From positions 64,358,001 through 64,422,000 of the forward strand of contig OZ076409.1 of the NCBI GenBank assembly GCA_964187785.1: a stretch of DNA of 64,000 bases. The letters are read 5' to 3'. The position numbers and the translations under genes were made by a program. Source of the stretch: Amphiscolops sp. MND2022 (Eukaryota). Under the pieces are notes generated by a model, which did not search any database, was not told where the DNA came from, and saw nothing but the letters and a program-made list of their open reading frames with translations. Positions 1-13,900 of the stretch are shown here, in pieces; the stretch's first letter is position 1; each line of letters begins with the position of its first letter.

Positions 1-2359
1 TTTATTGGCACTTTTAGAGGTTCAGACTTTGAACGCAGTGCGTCTCAAAACAGAAAAACAAGTACAGTGGTGACTGCCATAGTTGAAAAAGAACGCTTTT
101 TCTGATCGTGCTACAATCGTAAGGCAAGGGCAAGAAATCGCTTCAAACTCAGTGTCGTTTCTTCTGCTCACCCCCAAGGCCTATTCCCAGTCCCTGATTA
201 CATTTGCGTCTTTACTTGTGCTCTCCAGAAACCGGGCAGCATGAGTGACAGAAAGACGTTTCAGACAACCTAACGTCCGTAGCCTAGCAAGCTTCTCAAG
301 AATCAGTGTTCGTTGCTCAATTCATGCCTAAGGTGTTCCTTGATTCTCGCTACCACAGTTATGCGAACCATGTCGATGTGAAAACACCGGACAAGAAATT
401 GGCCCGGGGAGTAACTTGTACCCTCCCAAGAGAAATCAACACAGAGCATGATAAAACACCTGGAGCCTCGAAGCTCTGAATACTGCTTGGCCAACGGTCG
501 TGTTTTTAAATTTTAAATGACTGCTCTGAAACTTGTTTTCAATGCCAAAATATGTTTTAATGATCTATCATGCCTGATTCTTAACTTCCATGGGTCTTTG
601 TCTACCATAGCCATCGACATAACCATCATCTATAGAAGCAGTTTACTATCATCTCTTACATATACACTGGTGCTTATTCTACCTAGACAATACTTTTTTC
701 TGAGCGTACACTGCTAACACAATAGACTGAATGGGTCCTCATTTTTGGTGATATTTTTGAAATTTTGATCTCTGTTTTCCGATTGGTGCTATTTATTGTG
801 CAGTTTCTATTGGCCATGAACTACAACACTTTAGCAAGACCACAGCTGTTACTTTTATTTTTTGCTTTTCAAGTGCTATCGTGCATTTTGTAAAATGTAA
901 CCTATCAGGTGGGCCCCCGGCCAATGCCAAACCTGTTGTGATGAGTGCTTTTTATACAGATGCAGTAAAATAAAGTGCTAGGTATCTTAGTGCTTTTCTA
1001 GTGCTAGAACCCATTGTTGGTGTCGAGCCTAAGTAGGCCTGCTAGGCTAGCGCCAAAAACGCATCTTTTTGGGCAATGACCTTTCTCTGGGCAATGACTT
1101 CCATTTAGATTCCTGAAGTACTATGTTACAACAGCATCACTGGATGATGGCAACAAAGACGTGAACATCCACTCTCGTTTGTCGAGGACGACAAACTATG
1201 GCCCGGGGAGGATGTAACGTCCAGCAGTCAGCGAACGAAATTTACAAAAGTTCAATGAAAAATTCGAAATGTGCGATTTAAAATGGCCGACCTGACAGGT
1301 ACTGGAAATCAAAAAGGATGATGAAAAAGAGGACAAAGACACCCCATACCCCCCACCCAGGCCGAGAGAGAACACCCCGCCGTAGAAGTATCCCCGAAAT
1401 TGCCGTGTGGTGCCACCTCCCTTGGAAGACATCCCAGTTACCAGCGAAACCCGAAAATGGCCCAGAAGATGAAGAAACTCAGAAGTTTGCAAATTTTGCA
1501 TGTGCCACCTAGCAGGTCAAAGGTTAGCTGACACTGACGTCTGACGTTTCTTCACCGTATTTGTGGTTTTTGCGGATATTTGGTGATGTTTAACCCCTCT
1601 TTTTCTAATTTTAGACGTTATTTTCTAATTAAAATGTACTTTAGCTAAGACCCTGTTTTCGGACCTCGGAGGTATGTTGGAAGTCACAGGAACCTTTAGA
1701 TACGTTTTTACAGGCTTGTGGAACGTGTCCGGACTTTGAGTGCGCGGGCACGTCGCCACGGAGCTCTAGCTGAGGAGCCTCCTTTGACGTTTGAAAAAGT
1801 CCCTTTTTGGAGACCACTTCGTGATTAAGAACTAATGTCTAGGGCTGTAGTAAGACATAGGTCTCCTGTTTAAGCACCCTAGGCATTATCCCACTTCTAT
1901 GATGTACTCTGCTAGGTGGCTGACGTTACATTTCTTTTAGAGAACCGCTTTTATTTCTTCATAGAAAACTAATGGAGAACGAATTCTTGCCTTGTTGAAC
2001 GTTTTCAACATTCTAATTTACGATGTCTATCGAACAATTGACAAAAATTGCATAAAAACGTTTAAAAATGAGACATTTTGGATTTTCTTATTTTCGGGGC
2101 CATTTTGGGTTATTTTCGCCATTCCCAAAATTCCAAAATCGCTACAAATACATGTCGCGCGTAGCTAAACATATGAGTTGAATTTTATGGATAAGACTCT
2201 TAAAGTTGAATATATATATTTGGTGCTTGGCAAATTTTGTAAAAAAAAACGTTTGATTTAAATATTTTCCTTTTCATATGGAATTTGGGCGGAAAATAAT
2301 AGTCCAAACTAAAGTGGTATTAGTAACAGTACACTTGAATTCGAGAGTCAGAACTTATT

Positions 2360-2716
2360 CTTTTCCGACCCCACATTTTATAAATGGGGGAGGAAAATCA
2401 TGATCTGTGACGCGTTTTTTTCTCCAAATTTTGCCAAATCTCCGCAATCACCACCTTTTGATTACTTGACTATTTTATTTAGCTACCAGTAACTAAAATA
2501 GTCAAGTAACTAAAATACCATACAGCGGGAATAATATCTAAAGTCAAAAAAGGGAATAAGATCTAAAATTTCAGGGCGGGAATAAGATCTAAAAGGAATA
2601 AGATCTAAAATCACTAAATTTTTGATCCTATTCTTTAGATCCTATTCCTTTTGCTATGGCTCCGTTTGTGAAGGCGAACAGGGCGGAAAATATCCCGTGC
2701 TTAGCGGGCGTCTTGT
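2360..2716 (+). repeat. Short interspersed repeat family B (Helentron/HINE-like ends), interrupted by a GGAATAAGATCTAAAA tandem tract
   Basis: 5' part (ccccac...ggggg aggaaaatcatgatctgtg..gcgttt) and 3' end (gcggaaaatatcccgtgcttagcgggcgtcttgt) match 34665-34899; similar pieces occur at ~3360-3555 and ~4300-4330. Confidence 0.55.
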
Positions 2717-3477
2717 TACCACTTGATTGGCAAAAGTGTTTTGCCAAATTTTCCAACTCAGCTCAGCAAAGCTGAGCATGATCATTGGTTTGAACTGAGC
2801 TAACATGCCGCAGTAAAATATCCTATTGAGAAGGATTTGAAGATTAGTGCTTCAAAATCCCCCATGTATTTTACAAGTCGAACTTTTCAGAGCTGATCTA
2901 CACTGGAAAACGTTGTTAACAATGTCTCTTAGCCTTAAACAAGAATATCATAGCCTAGTTGATGAACGTAGCTACGAATTTTGTCGATGCAAGAGGTCTA
3001 AACAGTGAATCACTAACACAGTCAGTCAAACGACAAGGCATAATTTTTCAGTTAAAGAAAGACGAGGCAATTTGTTTCATCTCCTCTAAAGCTCCCACAA
3101 AATCAGTACAGCACGACCTGCTTGACAAACTGAATGGTTAACAATCAAGGGTTAAAACTGAGCACTTGCTTCTAAAAATAAGTTTTTTGATACGTGAAGA
3201 ACTTCGCTTAGAAAGAACAATTAAAAACAAATAGATGAATTTAAACTGTGGTCGGATGAAGATCGTTCACTGGGCAGGTATCTCCCAGCTCAACAAAATT
3301 AGGATATCACCAGGTTAGAGAAAAGATCATTCATAAAATCCGACCAAGTTCAAATCTTATTTGTGTGGAGTGAGGAACTCACCGTCTGTGTTGCGTTTTT
3401 TCCAAACTCTGTGAAAAGTCAGCTTAATGATATCATCCATTCAGTTATGATGTTACTTAAGTAATGTGGATAATTTA

Positions 3478-3555
3478 ATCACGATCTCCCAGTTGGTAGG
3501 GATTCCGCTTACCGGTCAGTAGGTGGTAGGAGTTCGAACCCGGGCTGAAGCCCGA
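3478..3555 (+). repeat. tRNA-derived (SINE-like) degenerate sequence
   Basis: A-box-like cccagttgg and B-box gagttcgaaccc at tRNA spacing; similar to 34781-34850; no intact cloverleaf. Confidence 0.5.
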
Positions 3556-3607
3556 AATTTGTTTCTGCTTTTCCAGGCAGTACCAAACTTTTTTGCTCAC
3601 TTGAGTA

Positions 3608-4245
3608 CCCTGGTTGGGAAAAACACAAATCTTGCAAGATTCTGGAAGACATTCTTGCGAGATCTTGCAGGTGAATGCATTAACCTGGCAGATTTCTTGC
3701 GAGAATCTTGCGAAATTTGTGTCATCTGGCAAGATTCTTGCAAGATTTCTGTCATCTTGCAAGAATCTTGCAAGTTTATAATTTTCTTGCAAGAATCTTT
3801 TTCATAGGCTCACAAGATATTTTGGCAATCCTCAAGATATTTTGGGAATTGAAACAGTCATTCCCTTCAAAACGGAAAATGGTTCAATGCTGAAAAATTT
3901 CTTTTCTGTTTGGAGTTCTTCCGATACAGTTAGATTCAACTCCATTGAGCATTGAACCAGAGCCATTGAAGAACTATTTTTTGTGCGATGTTTAAAATCT
4001 TAACTTGAAACAGGTGGTTTTGAGCTTTGTATCTATTTCATTGCTTTATGTTCACGGCCATAGAAACTCTTCAATTTGCAGCAGAAGTTTTGTCTGCATA
4101 GTGAAATAAATCTTATAAGAAATGTTTTTTGGTGATGCAGCATTCTGTCAGATTCTAGCAAGATATGCCTTTTCTGCCAGAATCATGCGAGATTTACATT
4201 TTTCATGATTGTCTTGCAAGATTCTTGTTTTTTTCTCGACCAGGG
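3608..4245. mobile_element. MITE with TIRs and TA target duplication (Tc1/mariner-type ends)
   Basis: TA|CCCTGGTTGGGAAAAA ... TTTTTCTCGACCAGGG|TA; many subterminal TCTTGCAAGA palindromic repeats; no ORF. Confidence 0.8.
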
Positions 4246-4689
4246 TAGTGTGGCAGGGTTTCGAGCCTTGTTTTCGCCAAACTTTCTAGCAATACGAGTG
4301 TGACGGAAAACATCCCGGTGCTTAGCGGTTGTTTTATTGAGCAATTGAAAGCGCAAAACCAGACCCTTCATAGAAAATCCTGGAAAGGACGCGGGTTAGA
4401 TACATTTGTATAACTGGGTGTTGAGAAGGAAGAAGGAGCTGGAAGTTTTTGTCCAAAATTCAATCAAAAAGGTCATCGGACACATGAATCAAATCATCAT
4501 TATCAAACTGACTGAGAAAGCAATGGACGGACTTTCAAATTTACGTATGCGCTTTTTCACAAAGACATAGTCTTTAACGAAGCGTTTGGACCCAAACTAA
4601 GTGCCAGAGCACACGTTCCAATTTTTGCAACTCTAAGCTGTCATAATTTCTGTTCTTTAAAAAAGTCTTAGGTTCGACAGATTTTCAAA

Positions 4690-6830
4690 ATGAGCTTTTG
4701 CACTTTGAGAAAATTACCTATCCTCTCTGCAACCATTCAAAAGGAGAAACTTTGTCGAAATTTCATCATAGTTTCTTCCATTTTTGGTCCTATTGGACCC
4801 CTCGCTCCTTCCGTGAAACAACTCAAAGTCATTCTTCGAAACATCTGGAAGCGAGGACGGACACGGGACCAGCCCGTTCCCGACGACCTCCATCTCGCAT
4901 GACCAAATCACATGACCTCCATCTCGCATGACGACCTCTATCTCGCTCGCCGTACCACGTCAAAGAGCGCTTCTTCTCACCTCTGCAGAACTTTTTATTT
5001 TCACCGACGCTTCCATCGCCGAATTACCCGCGTTATCTACGTCAACCACCGTCTGACACCACTGTCGCTCGTATCCTTTTCGTTCTTGGCAAGATCCGTG
5101 TTGCTCAAGCAAGTGTTCCAAAACTGGAACTGGAAGTCGCTATTTTCGGAATCCGTTTACATCGCACCGTTTTTAACGCTTTTGAATGTAACTTTCGCCA
5201 AGTTCATTTTTGGACTGATAGTTGAGTCGTCCTGGATTGGATCCAGAACCAACGAAACTTAAGACATTCGTTGCCGAACGAGTGAACGAAATCCCTCAAA
5301 ACACCAATCCGATGCAACGAAATTACGTTCCAACCGAACTGAACCCCGCTGATCACGGAATAATGAAACTTTCAGCCCTTTTCTCCAAATTGACACGAGG
5401 ACCCAATTTTCTTCCAAAGCCTGTAAAAGATTGGTCTTCAAGGTAGTCCGCAAACCCAAACATGTCCATCTGTGCCGCAATCGTCTTCAAGTCGCAAACA
5501 GTCTTCGATATTTCAAGAACTTCTCATTGAAATCGTGTACTCAGAAAAAATCGCAATTGTCCGCTACTTCATCCGCCGTCTCCGAGATCCGTCGTCCTCG
5601 CCAAACTTACAAGCTAATGATTTTCAGCTAGCCACAGAAACACTTATCCGTCAATCACAAGTACCGTCGTTTCCAGCTGTTCTAGGAAAACTTCTTCGTA
5701 AGCAACCACTGTTGTCCAAAGACAAACTTCCATCTCTGAACACTTTCAAAGAAGAAAGCTCAACTAAACGCTCTTCGGACGTCTAAAATGAAAACTGTTA
5801 CCCGCAGCTATCCGCATGCCCAAAACTGCAATGCCCAAAGCTGCAATGCCAAAGTCGCAATATCCCGCCTCGTCATGCTAAACTTCCACAAAATCAATCT
5901 GCTCCAACGCCCGAATCAATCAATCGGTCCCGAATACATCATATCGTTTCTGCAAAACGATATTTAATTTTTTGGCGTCCGTGGCGCTCTGCGCACCATC
6001 GGTTTTCGTTGCTTCCGATGCCGCCACTTCTGAGCAGAACACGTCGAGCCAGTGCTGGCTCCTTTACCCCGGTAAGGTTCTTCATTCTCAACAGAAAAAG
6101 ATCTGAGAAAGACTAGAGCAAGATCTTCGCCTGCATTGTCACCCGTGCTTGTCATTTGGACCATTATCCTTCCTTAACCACGGGCTCCTTCATCAACGCC
6201 TTCCCACGCTTCATTGCCAGAAGCGGACAGTCACAGACCATCGGTTCCGACAATGGAACAAGTTTCGTTGGTGCTTGTCAAGAACTTCAGGAAGTCTGAA
6301 ACGCAGGCATCCGCACAGCTCTGAAAACTCCTCCACTAGCACCTGAGATGGAATCAGATGGAAATGGCACCTCAACCCACCGTACTCTCCGCACTTTGGT
6401 GGGGCATGGGAAAGCCTCATTGAATCAGTCAAAAAGACGCTACCGAAAAAAAACTCACTCTGGAATTGTTTCACACAATTCTAGCTGAAACAGAGTTGAT
6501 GCTTAACTCATGCTTAATATCTGACCCATGTTGCAGACTACTCTGACAACGAAGAACCTCAGACTCCCAACCATTTCGTTCTCCACAGATCCTATGCAAA
6601 CCTGCGAACCGGAGCTTTCCAAGATTTCAGTTATCAGCTCACGCAGATTTCTTCGAAAGAAACGCAACAACTTGTCAACCATATTTGGAAGTGATTGCTA
6701 ACTGAATGCCTTCCAAATCTGCACCAACTTTCCAAGTGGAACCAAAAACTATCACTAATCAATGTTGGAGAATTTGTGTGGGTGCTAAGATTTCACTCCT
6801 TGTGGGATTTGACCTATTGGGCGAGTGGAA
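4690..6830 (+). mobile_element. Degenerate BEL/Pao LTR-retrotransposon pol (RNase H region + integrase)
   Basis: Broken frames with SSIFGPIG..P, KLKTFVAERVNEI...[53 protein letters not shown] - characteristic Pao motifs. Confidence 0.88.
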
Positions 6831-7765
6831 GCTGTTTTCTACTACTGTTCAAACTGTTGATCAGACTGGTGATCCAATGAATGAAGTATAATACGTTTCT
6901 TATACGAGCCTCTATAGTGCGTCATTCTCAAAAGTTTAAATTCAATTTCATAGCAGAGACTCGTGACCCTTCGTTTTTCTTGAAAACTACCAAGGAAGGG
7001 AACAGTTGAGTTACACGATTTCCCAACACTGGACAAATGGTTGGAGATGTGTCCACTATACGTAAATATTTGTGTTAAGTATTTGTGAAAAGCTTGTAGA
7101 AGGAGGCGCAAATGAATTTTCCTTAAACTGGGGTTCCATAATGTAAAAATCAAAAAAAAGCTAATAATGAATTGGTAGTCGTTGGGGAAACAAGACGTTG
7201 AGACCGCAGAACTATTTTAGGGAAATAGGGCCTACAGGTTCCTGGGCACTTAATGTTGAATTACGCCTTTCTTTGTTTGTTTTTGGTGAAAAGTTGTTTT
7301 AGATTTATTCTTTTGTTTGACAAACAGTGAGCATTTTTCTTTCCTGGTGATGAAATTAGACGAAGTTTTTAAATAGACAACATTCTTCACAATTTTGTGG
7401 GTAAAACATTCTTCATTGTCGAAATCAAAGCAACGAAAAATATCCAAACCATTAGCGGGCGTTTGACTCGGTTAACCACTCGTTCTTTTGGCATAATATC
7501 ATTTTCCCCATTAACTTCGAGGAAGGTCGAATAGGTTGAAAATTATACGCTCCGGTTAAACATGGATAAACATTGAGTCAGTTGCGTATGTCGAGATAAA
7601 AAAATTAGTATCACTGACATCCCAAATTGAATTACCTGCCCTCATAAATGTTTTGTTCATTATTAAACCCAGTTACTTTTCAAAGTTACGTAATGTATGG
7701 TTTGAAATGATGGAGTTTTCTTCATGTTGTTAATAAAATATTGCAGCCTTCTAAGGAGTATGTTA

Positions 7766-7959
7766 TCATGAGAAGACTTTCATTTCGCAAATAACAAGAC
7801 CACTGCCTTCGATGGACACCCGAATGAGGTTTCCGATCTTCGGATATCCTGTGAGCACTGTGCACCAATCATCGCCCAGCTTGTTGATTGTCCCAAAGTC
7901 CTCACACAAATACATATCGTTACGACAAACCTCCACTTTAGCTCCAACCAAACCATCGC
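7766..7959 (-). CDS. Gene A terminal coding exon: domain 4 C-half (GDGLVGAKVEVC...LVICEMKVFS*)
   Basis: ttttgtttcag|GC acceptor, TGA stop, 194 nt; same length as and clearly homologous to exon 61554-61747. Confidence 0.9.
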
Positions 7960-10900
7960 CTGAAACAAAAAACAAACAGTATTCGAAACTCCGCTAATAG
8001 CCTGGAATGTTTATGGTACAATTCAATTTATACAATTTTCCCCGTAATATGACATTATTAAAACTGTGAAACTATATGACTCAGAATGTTGTTAATGAAG
8101 GGTTGACAAAACTAATCGAGCTGATAACACTGTATTTCATTTAGACCTTGTGGCAATTGGTCACTCTCACTTTTTGGATTGATACACTTTTTGTTTGTAA
8201 ACAACATTATACTAAAATGTGTAACAGCCTGTTTTTTGACAACGTCTAGATTAGAAGGTGTGAGAGAGTGCACAGTTTACAGGTAAATCGAAACAAGTGT
8301 ACAGCTTGTTTATGAGTCAACTAAAATGTACACATTTTCTAACTGTAATGTACGTAATTAATGTAAATATGTAATCATGTAAGTATGAGCAACTGGAATG
8401 TAAATGTAGGTGACTTCGGTTTTGGCAAAACACATCTCAACGTAATAGTTTGTTGGCTAAATGTTGTTTCGAGTTTATGCCTTGCGGCTTAGTTTCAATG
8501 TTGGCAGAGTTGCCACTTTTTGGCTGGTTGACAGTTTCTATCTACGGCTAAGCTTCTGCAATTTTGGCAGCTTCCTTTTCGGGGATCTTCTCGATTTGCG
8601 TAATCATTACGTTGTGGCCATGAAACACAGTTTTGTGCATGCTTTTTCCCCCTTTTTGGTTCTGGTTTCGAGTTTTCTTCTTTGCTACTCGTTAGCGTTA
8701 TTTGTGGTTCTGTTTGTGATTGTTCTATTTTAATTGATGGCTCCGGATTGTTTCGTTGTTTTTGGGGCTCGAGCTTAGCGAGATGCCCATATGGTGACGT
8801 TTTTTTTTCGCAGATTTCGTGACATGTGCCAATTTTTCAAACTTGTGAGGCAAATTTCTCAAAACCCAGAACAGATACGGACACCATGTTTTCGCTAAAA
8901 GTTGCGCAAGATCCTAGGCTACATTTTCGCCGAAAAAAGTTTTCGAAAAAAATTCGGCTTCATGGGTTTTTTTCAAAAGAATTTTTGAAAAAACGCTTTT
9001 TTGCCTATTTTTCATTTTTGATCCCCTATATCTCAGAACTGAGACCGAATACAGGGTCCATTTTTTCGTAAATTGTACAAGCGTTTTATAGGCTACATTT
9101 TGGCCTAAAAATAACGTCAAAAATTTTTTTCATACTGGATGTTTTCGGGCAAAAAAGAAGACAAAATTTTTTTCGAAAAAATTTTTCTCATTCGTAGCTC
9201 AAATTTCTCAAAACTGATAAAAGATACAGAAACCGTTTTCTTTTGAGAAGAACAGCGTAGATATAGGGTACTTTTTGGACCAACAAAGTTACCGTCATCA
9301 AGTATGATGCCTTCGATTTTCTGCCAAAAAAACTTCGATTTTTTTCAAAAAAATTTCTTGGGTCTTTTTTACTTGAGCTCGTATATCTCACGACTGAGAC
9401 CAAATATGGTGTTCATGGTTTCGTTAATTTCACGAGGCTTATGTAGGCTTCGTTTTAGGCTAAAAGTGAGGTCGAATTTTTTTCGCTCTGTGTTTTTCTC
9501 AGCAAATAAAGTAATGAAAAAGTTTTTCTGAATTTTTTCCATTTTTTTTCAATTTGTAGCTGACTTTTCCAGGAACTGAAAGTAGATACGAAAACCATTC
9601 TCCCTCACAAAGTGAGGCAAGTATGTAGGCTACTTTTTGTACTATCAAAGTTTCCGTCAGGAGGTACGACGCCTTCGGGTTTCTGCCAAAAATACATTTT
9701 TTCATTTTTCTCATTAAAAAATTTCCTTCATCTTTTTAGCTTTTTCATCAAAATATCCTCATCTGAGACTGGATAAGTTCACAAGGTTGTGAGCCCTGGA
9801 ACACAAAGAATTTGTAACACCTTCTGCAGACCATTGAACGTTTCTGCTCGAGCCCAAGCGCGACATGCCGTCGCGCCTATGTTTTTTCTTCTTCGTCAGA
9901 TTCTATTTCGTCAATCTGTTCCCATATTGTGAGCTGTTTCGCTGCTCTCTTTGATTTTAGTTGTTGTCTCTTTCTGGCCTTTTGTAGCAGCTCCTTATTG
10001 GTTGGTGTTTTTAGTCGGCGTTTTCGAAGAAAATCCCGACTCTTACAGTGGCTAGTTTGTTTTTCGTCAGTTCAACGCGAACGTCCACTTTTTGTGCATT
10101 AAGGCAATTAATGCACATTTACCAATTTTTACCCTATGTACTTAGTACTTCATTTTCAACGCATCCAAAGCGTCTAACATGAGATGAAAAGCGCCCCCCT
10201 TCTACATTTTTCGGCACTATGCGACTTACCGGAAACTTCGAAAAAAAACTCAAAAGAAAAATCGGAAAATTTTTTCTCAATTTTTAGTTTTTTGAGAGCT
10301 ACTGTTGTCTCCAGTTGTAGAAAAAGTGGTTTTCGAGTCTTTTCGAGCCTTAGATATGGCGCCAACTTGGGCCGTTTCCGGCTCGTTTCTTTTGTTTTTG
10401 CCTAATTTTTGGCATTGTTGCTGACTGTGGATTTGGCGGGAAATAGGTTTTTCAGTAATAGGCGATTTGTGTGAACACATTTCAGTTATGGGTTTCATTC
10501 CTTCTGATGACAATGTATACCCAAGAGATTCGGTTTCGGGTTTTGCTATGACGCATTTCACGAGTTTTAACCTTATTCCTGCTTCGTCAAGCACTTGGAA
10601 TGTTTCTACCACCTTCTCTAAGTAATTTTCTTTCGTTCCTTTCGTTACAATTAGAATGTCGTCAGTAAATGTAAATGTGTTTTTCGGTTTATGCAAAATG
10701 TTATCCAAAATTTTCGGAAACCCCCGGGCATAGTAGTTAAACCGTATAACCCTGTGTTGAACGCATATGTGCCCGTCGTCTCCCCTCCCACAAACCGAAA
10801 ATTGCAGTGTTTGCTGTATCCGGTTGTAATTCTGTCTGCCCGTATGCGTACAGCATATCTAACGAAGTGAATAACACTTCATCTTCTTTCTTGTTGTTGA

Positions 10901-13900
10901 TTACCTCTGCAACGTTGTCCATCGAACGTTCCAAGTCTGGCATTTGTTATTTGTTTTTCAAAATAGCATTGTTGAGCGACCTGGCACCTAGAGCGATTTT
11001 GACGCTTCTGTCTTTCTCGACAGTGATCACCAATGGTCTATCTCATCCATAATTTTGTCGATCTTTCTAAGGTGGCCAGCCTCGAGTAGACTTTTTGTTT
11101 CTGCATCAACTGCTTGGTGAAGTTGCATGGGAACACGTCTCCTTTTCTGTTGTGTAAATTTCGCCCTTCTCTGAATTTAATATTGATATTATGTCCGACA
11201 ATCCTGCCTTTCCGTCTAAACACGGTAGGAAATTTTTTTCTGTTTTCCTTTTTATTCAGGAACCATTTCGTTTTTTACAATGTTATTTATTTTGGTTTTG
11301 CACTCAATTTCATTTTGAGCTTCTGTTAGTCTGTTAGACGATAGTTGAGTTTTGTTAGCCAGTCTCGACCAACTAGTAACTTCTTCCCATCTCTTGATAA
11401 CACAATTCTTTCACAACGCATCTTTTGTTTGCCCAATTCCTCGTCTACTGTAATATACCCGATCAGGTTGAGTGGTCGTTCATTGTAGTCCACGTACTCT
11501 TCATTTTTGAGGAACAGTCTCGCGAATTTCAAGTCTGCACTCAAGAGTTGGCACAGATCTTCTTCAGTGAATATTGTTATAGGGCATCTCTTGAATCGAT
11601 CATCGTTGAGAACTGCTGCTTGTTTGTTTTTCACTTCAGTACGAACGCCTTCACACCTACCCCATTCACATGTAGCAGAATGTTGTCATCGTCCCATTCT
11701 GAGCTTCCTCTTGATTGGTCGGCCTGTTGTTCAATCAAATTGACTCTTCTCATATTGCTTCTGTTAGTAGTTCTGCCAAACCCACGCGAGTTGGCAACTC
11801 TCGGCCGCTTACACATTCGTGCGAAATGTCCGGTAACTCCACAGTTTCTGCATTTCTCCGTTTTGGCCTTACACAATGCCAGATGAAATTGTGAAAAGTC
11901 CAATTCCACAACGGTTACATGTGTTTCTTGTTTGTCCTCTTTCCACTGCCAATACTGGTTCTTTGATCTCGCTGCCTCCCACGAATTTTTTCTGCTGGCT
12001 AATGCTTTTTTCAAACGCGATTGCAAACCGCAGCGCTTCTTGTGGTTGGGCTTTTGGATCTGTACAAAGACGTTCTTTTACTGGCTTGTTTAGCATGTTC
12101 TGGATAAACGCGTCCATGCTGAGTCCTTCTGCTTGCTCTCCAAACTCGCATTTTGCAGTCAGTCCAGTCCTGTGAGTTTGTTCCAAATCCGTCCCAATGA
12201 TTCATGATTCTGCTGTGCTTGAGCGAAAACTTTTTAACGCTCCAATGTTCTATTCCGTGGCTTGAAAAATGATTGATCACAATTTTCCTTGACTTCTGCT
12301 AACGTCGCTGTGAATACTGTCTTGTATGAGAATTTGTCTGTCAAGTTCTTTCTGCCGGCCATTATCAGTGATAGGAACAGTATGCTGACAACTTTCCGCT
12401 CTGCAGCCTGTTCATTTAAATTGTTCAGAAGTGCTGCCTGTCGCGGGTTGTTTTCTGTAGGCGTTCTGAGTAACTCCGGTACTGATATTGCATGTTTGAC
12501 ATTTGCTGCCGTTACGAAAATTCCCGCCAGTTTTCCTATTCTGCCTTTGCTGGTACTTCCGCGCAATCCCAATAAGCTGGCAGTCCCACCAGAGCTGACG
12601 AACTGCTTGTAGTTTGCTTCCCGCTGGCTTCAAAGGAATTGTCTCGCAGCGCCATGTTATAGCTATGCTGATGAAGAGTTGACAAAACTAATCGAGCTGA
12701 TAACACTGTATTTCATTTGTACCATATGGCAAATGGTCACTCTCACTTTCTGGATTGATACACCTTTTGTTTGCAAGCAACATTACAAAAAAGTGTTCAG
12801 CAACCTGTTTTTTTGACAAAGTCTAGATTAGAAAGTGTTGGAGAGTGCACTCTCTCACACAGAATATGGTCAGAACGGAAGCAAAAAATTTTTTGGTCCC
12901 CAAAGTTATCAGTGTGGAGGCATGAAATTACAGCGAATACCTTGACTTGCAAATTTTACAATTTAAAAAAAAGAAACATCACTTTTTGAAGGAAGAAACA
13001 GCGATCAAGCAACCTCTGATCGTAATCGTAATGAAAGTTCAATTGGCATCTAGAGCGATTTTGACGCTTCTATCTTTCTCGACAGTGATCACCAATGGTT
13101 GGATAAACATCTCATCCGTAATTTTGTCGATTTTTCTAAGGTGGCCATCCTCGAGTAGATTTTTGCATCAACTGCTTGGTGAAGCTGCAGGGGAACACGT
13201 CTCCTGTTCTGTTGTGTAAATTTCGCCCTTATCTGAATTTAATATTGATATTGTGTCCGACAATCCTGCCTTTCCTCTTTAAACACGTTAGGGAAATTTT
13301 TCTGTTTTTGTTTTTATTCAGGAACCATTTCGTTTTTTACAATGTTAGTTATTTTGGTTTTGTACTCAATTTCATTTTGAGCTTCTGTTAGTCTGTTAGA
13401 CGATAGTTGAGTTTTGTTAGCCAGTCTCGACCAACTAGTAACTTCTTCACATCTCTTGATAACACAATTCTTCCACAACGCATCTTTTGTTTGCCCAATT
13501 CCTCGTCTACTGTAATATACCCGACCAGGTTGAGTGGTCGTTCATTGTAGTCCACGTACTCTTCATTTTTGAGGAACAGTCTCGCGAATTTCAAGTCTGC
13601 ACTCAAGAGTTGGCACAGATCTTCTTCAGTGAATATTGTTATGGGGCATCTCTTGAATCGATCATCGTTGAGAACTGCTGCTTGTTTGTTTTTCACTTCA
13701 GTACGAACGCCTTTACACCTACCCCATTCACATGTAGCAGAATGTTGTCATCGTCCCATTCTGAGCTTCCTCTTGATTGGTCGGCCTGTTGTTCAATCAA
13801 ATTGACTCTTCTCATATTGCTTCTGTTAGTAGTTCTGCCAACCCCACGCGAGTTGGCAACTCTCGGCCGCTTACACATTCGTGCGAAATGTCCGGTAACT

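Noticed and set aside
1..1960. GC-richer segment with short ORFs (e.g. 1196-1512); a similar-looking segment lies at 55930-56700
   Set aside because: Stops in all plausible frames and no recognisable motif; probably unclassified repeat remnants.
3620..3800. CRISPR-like short repeats
   Set aside because: No unique spacers, eukaryotic context; these are MITE subterminal repeats. The same applies to 2525-2650 and 58570-58820.
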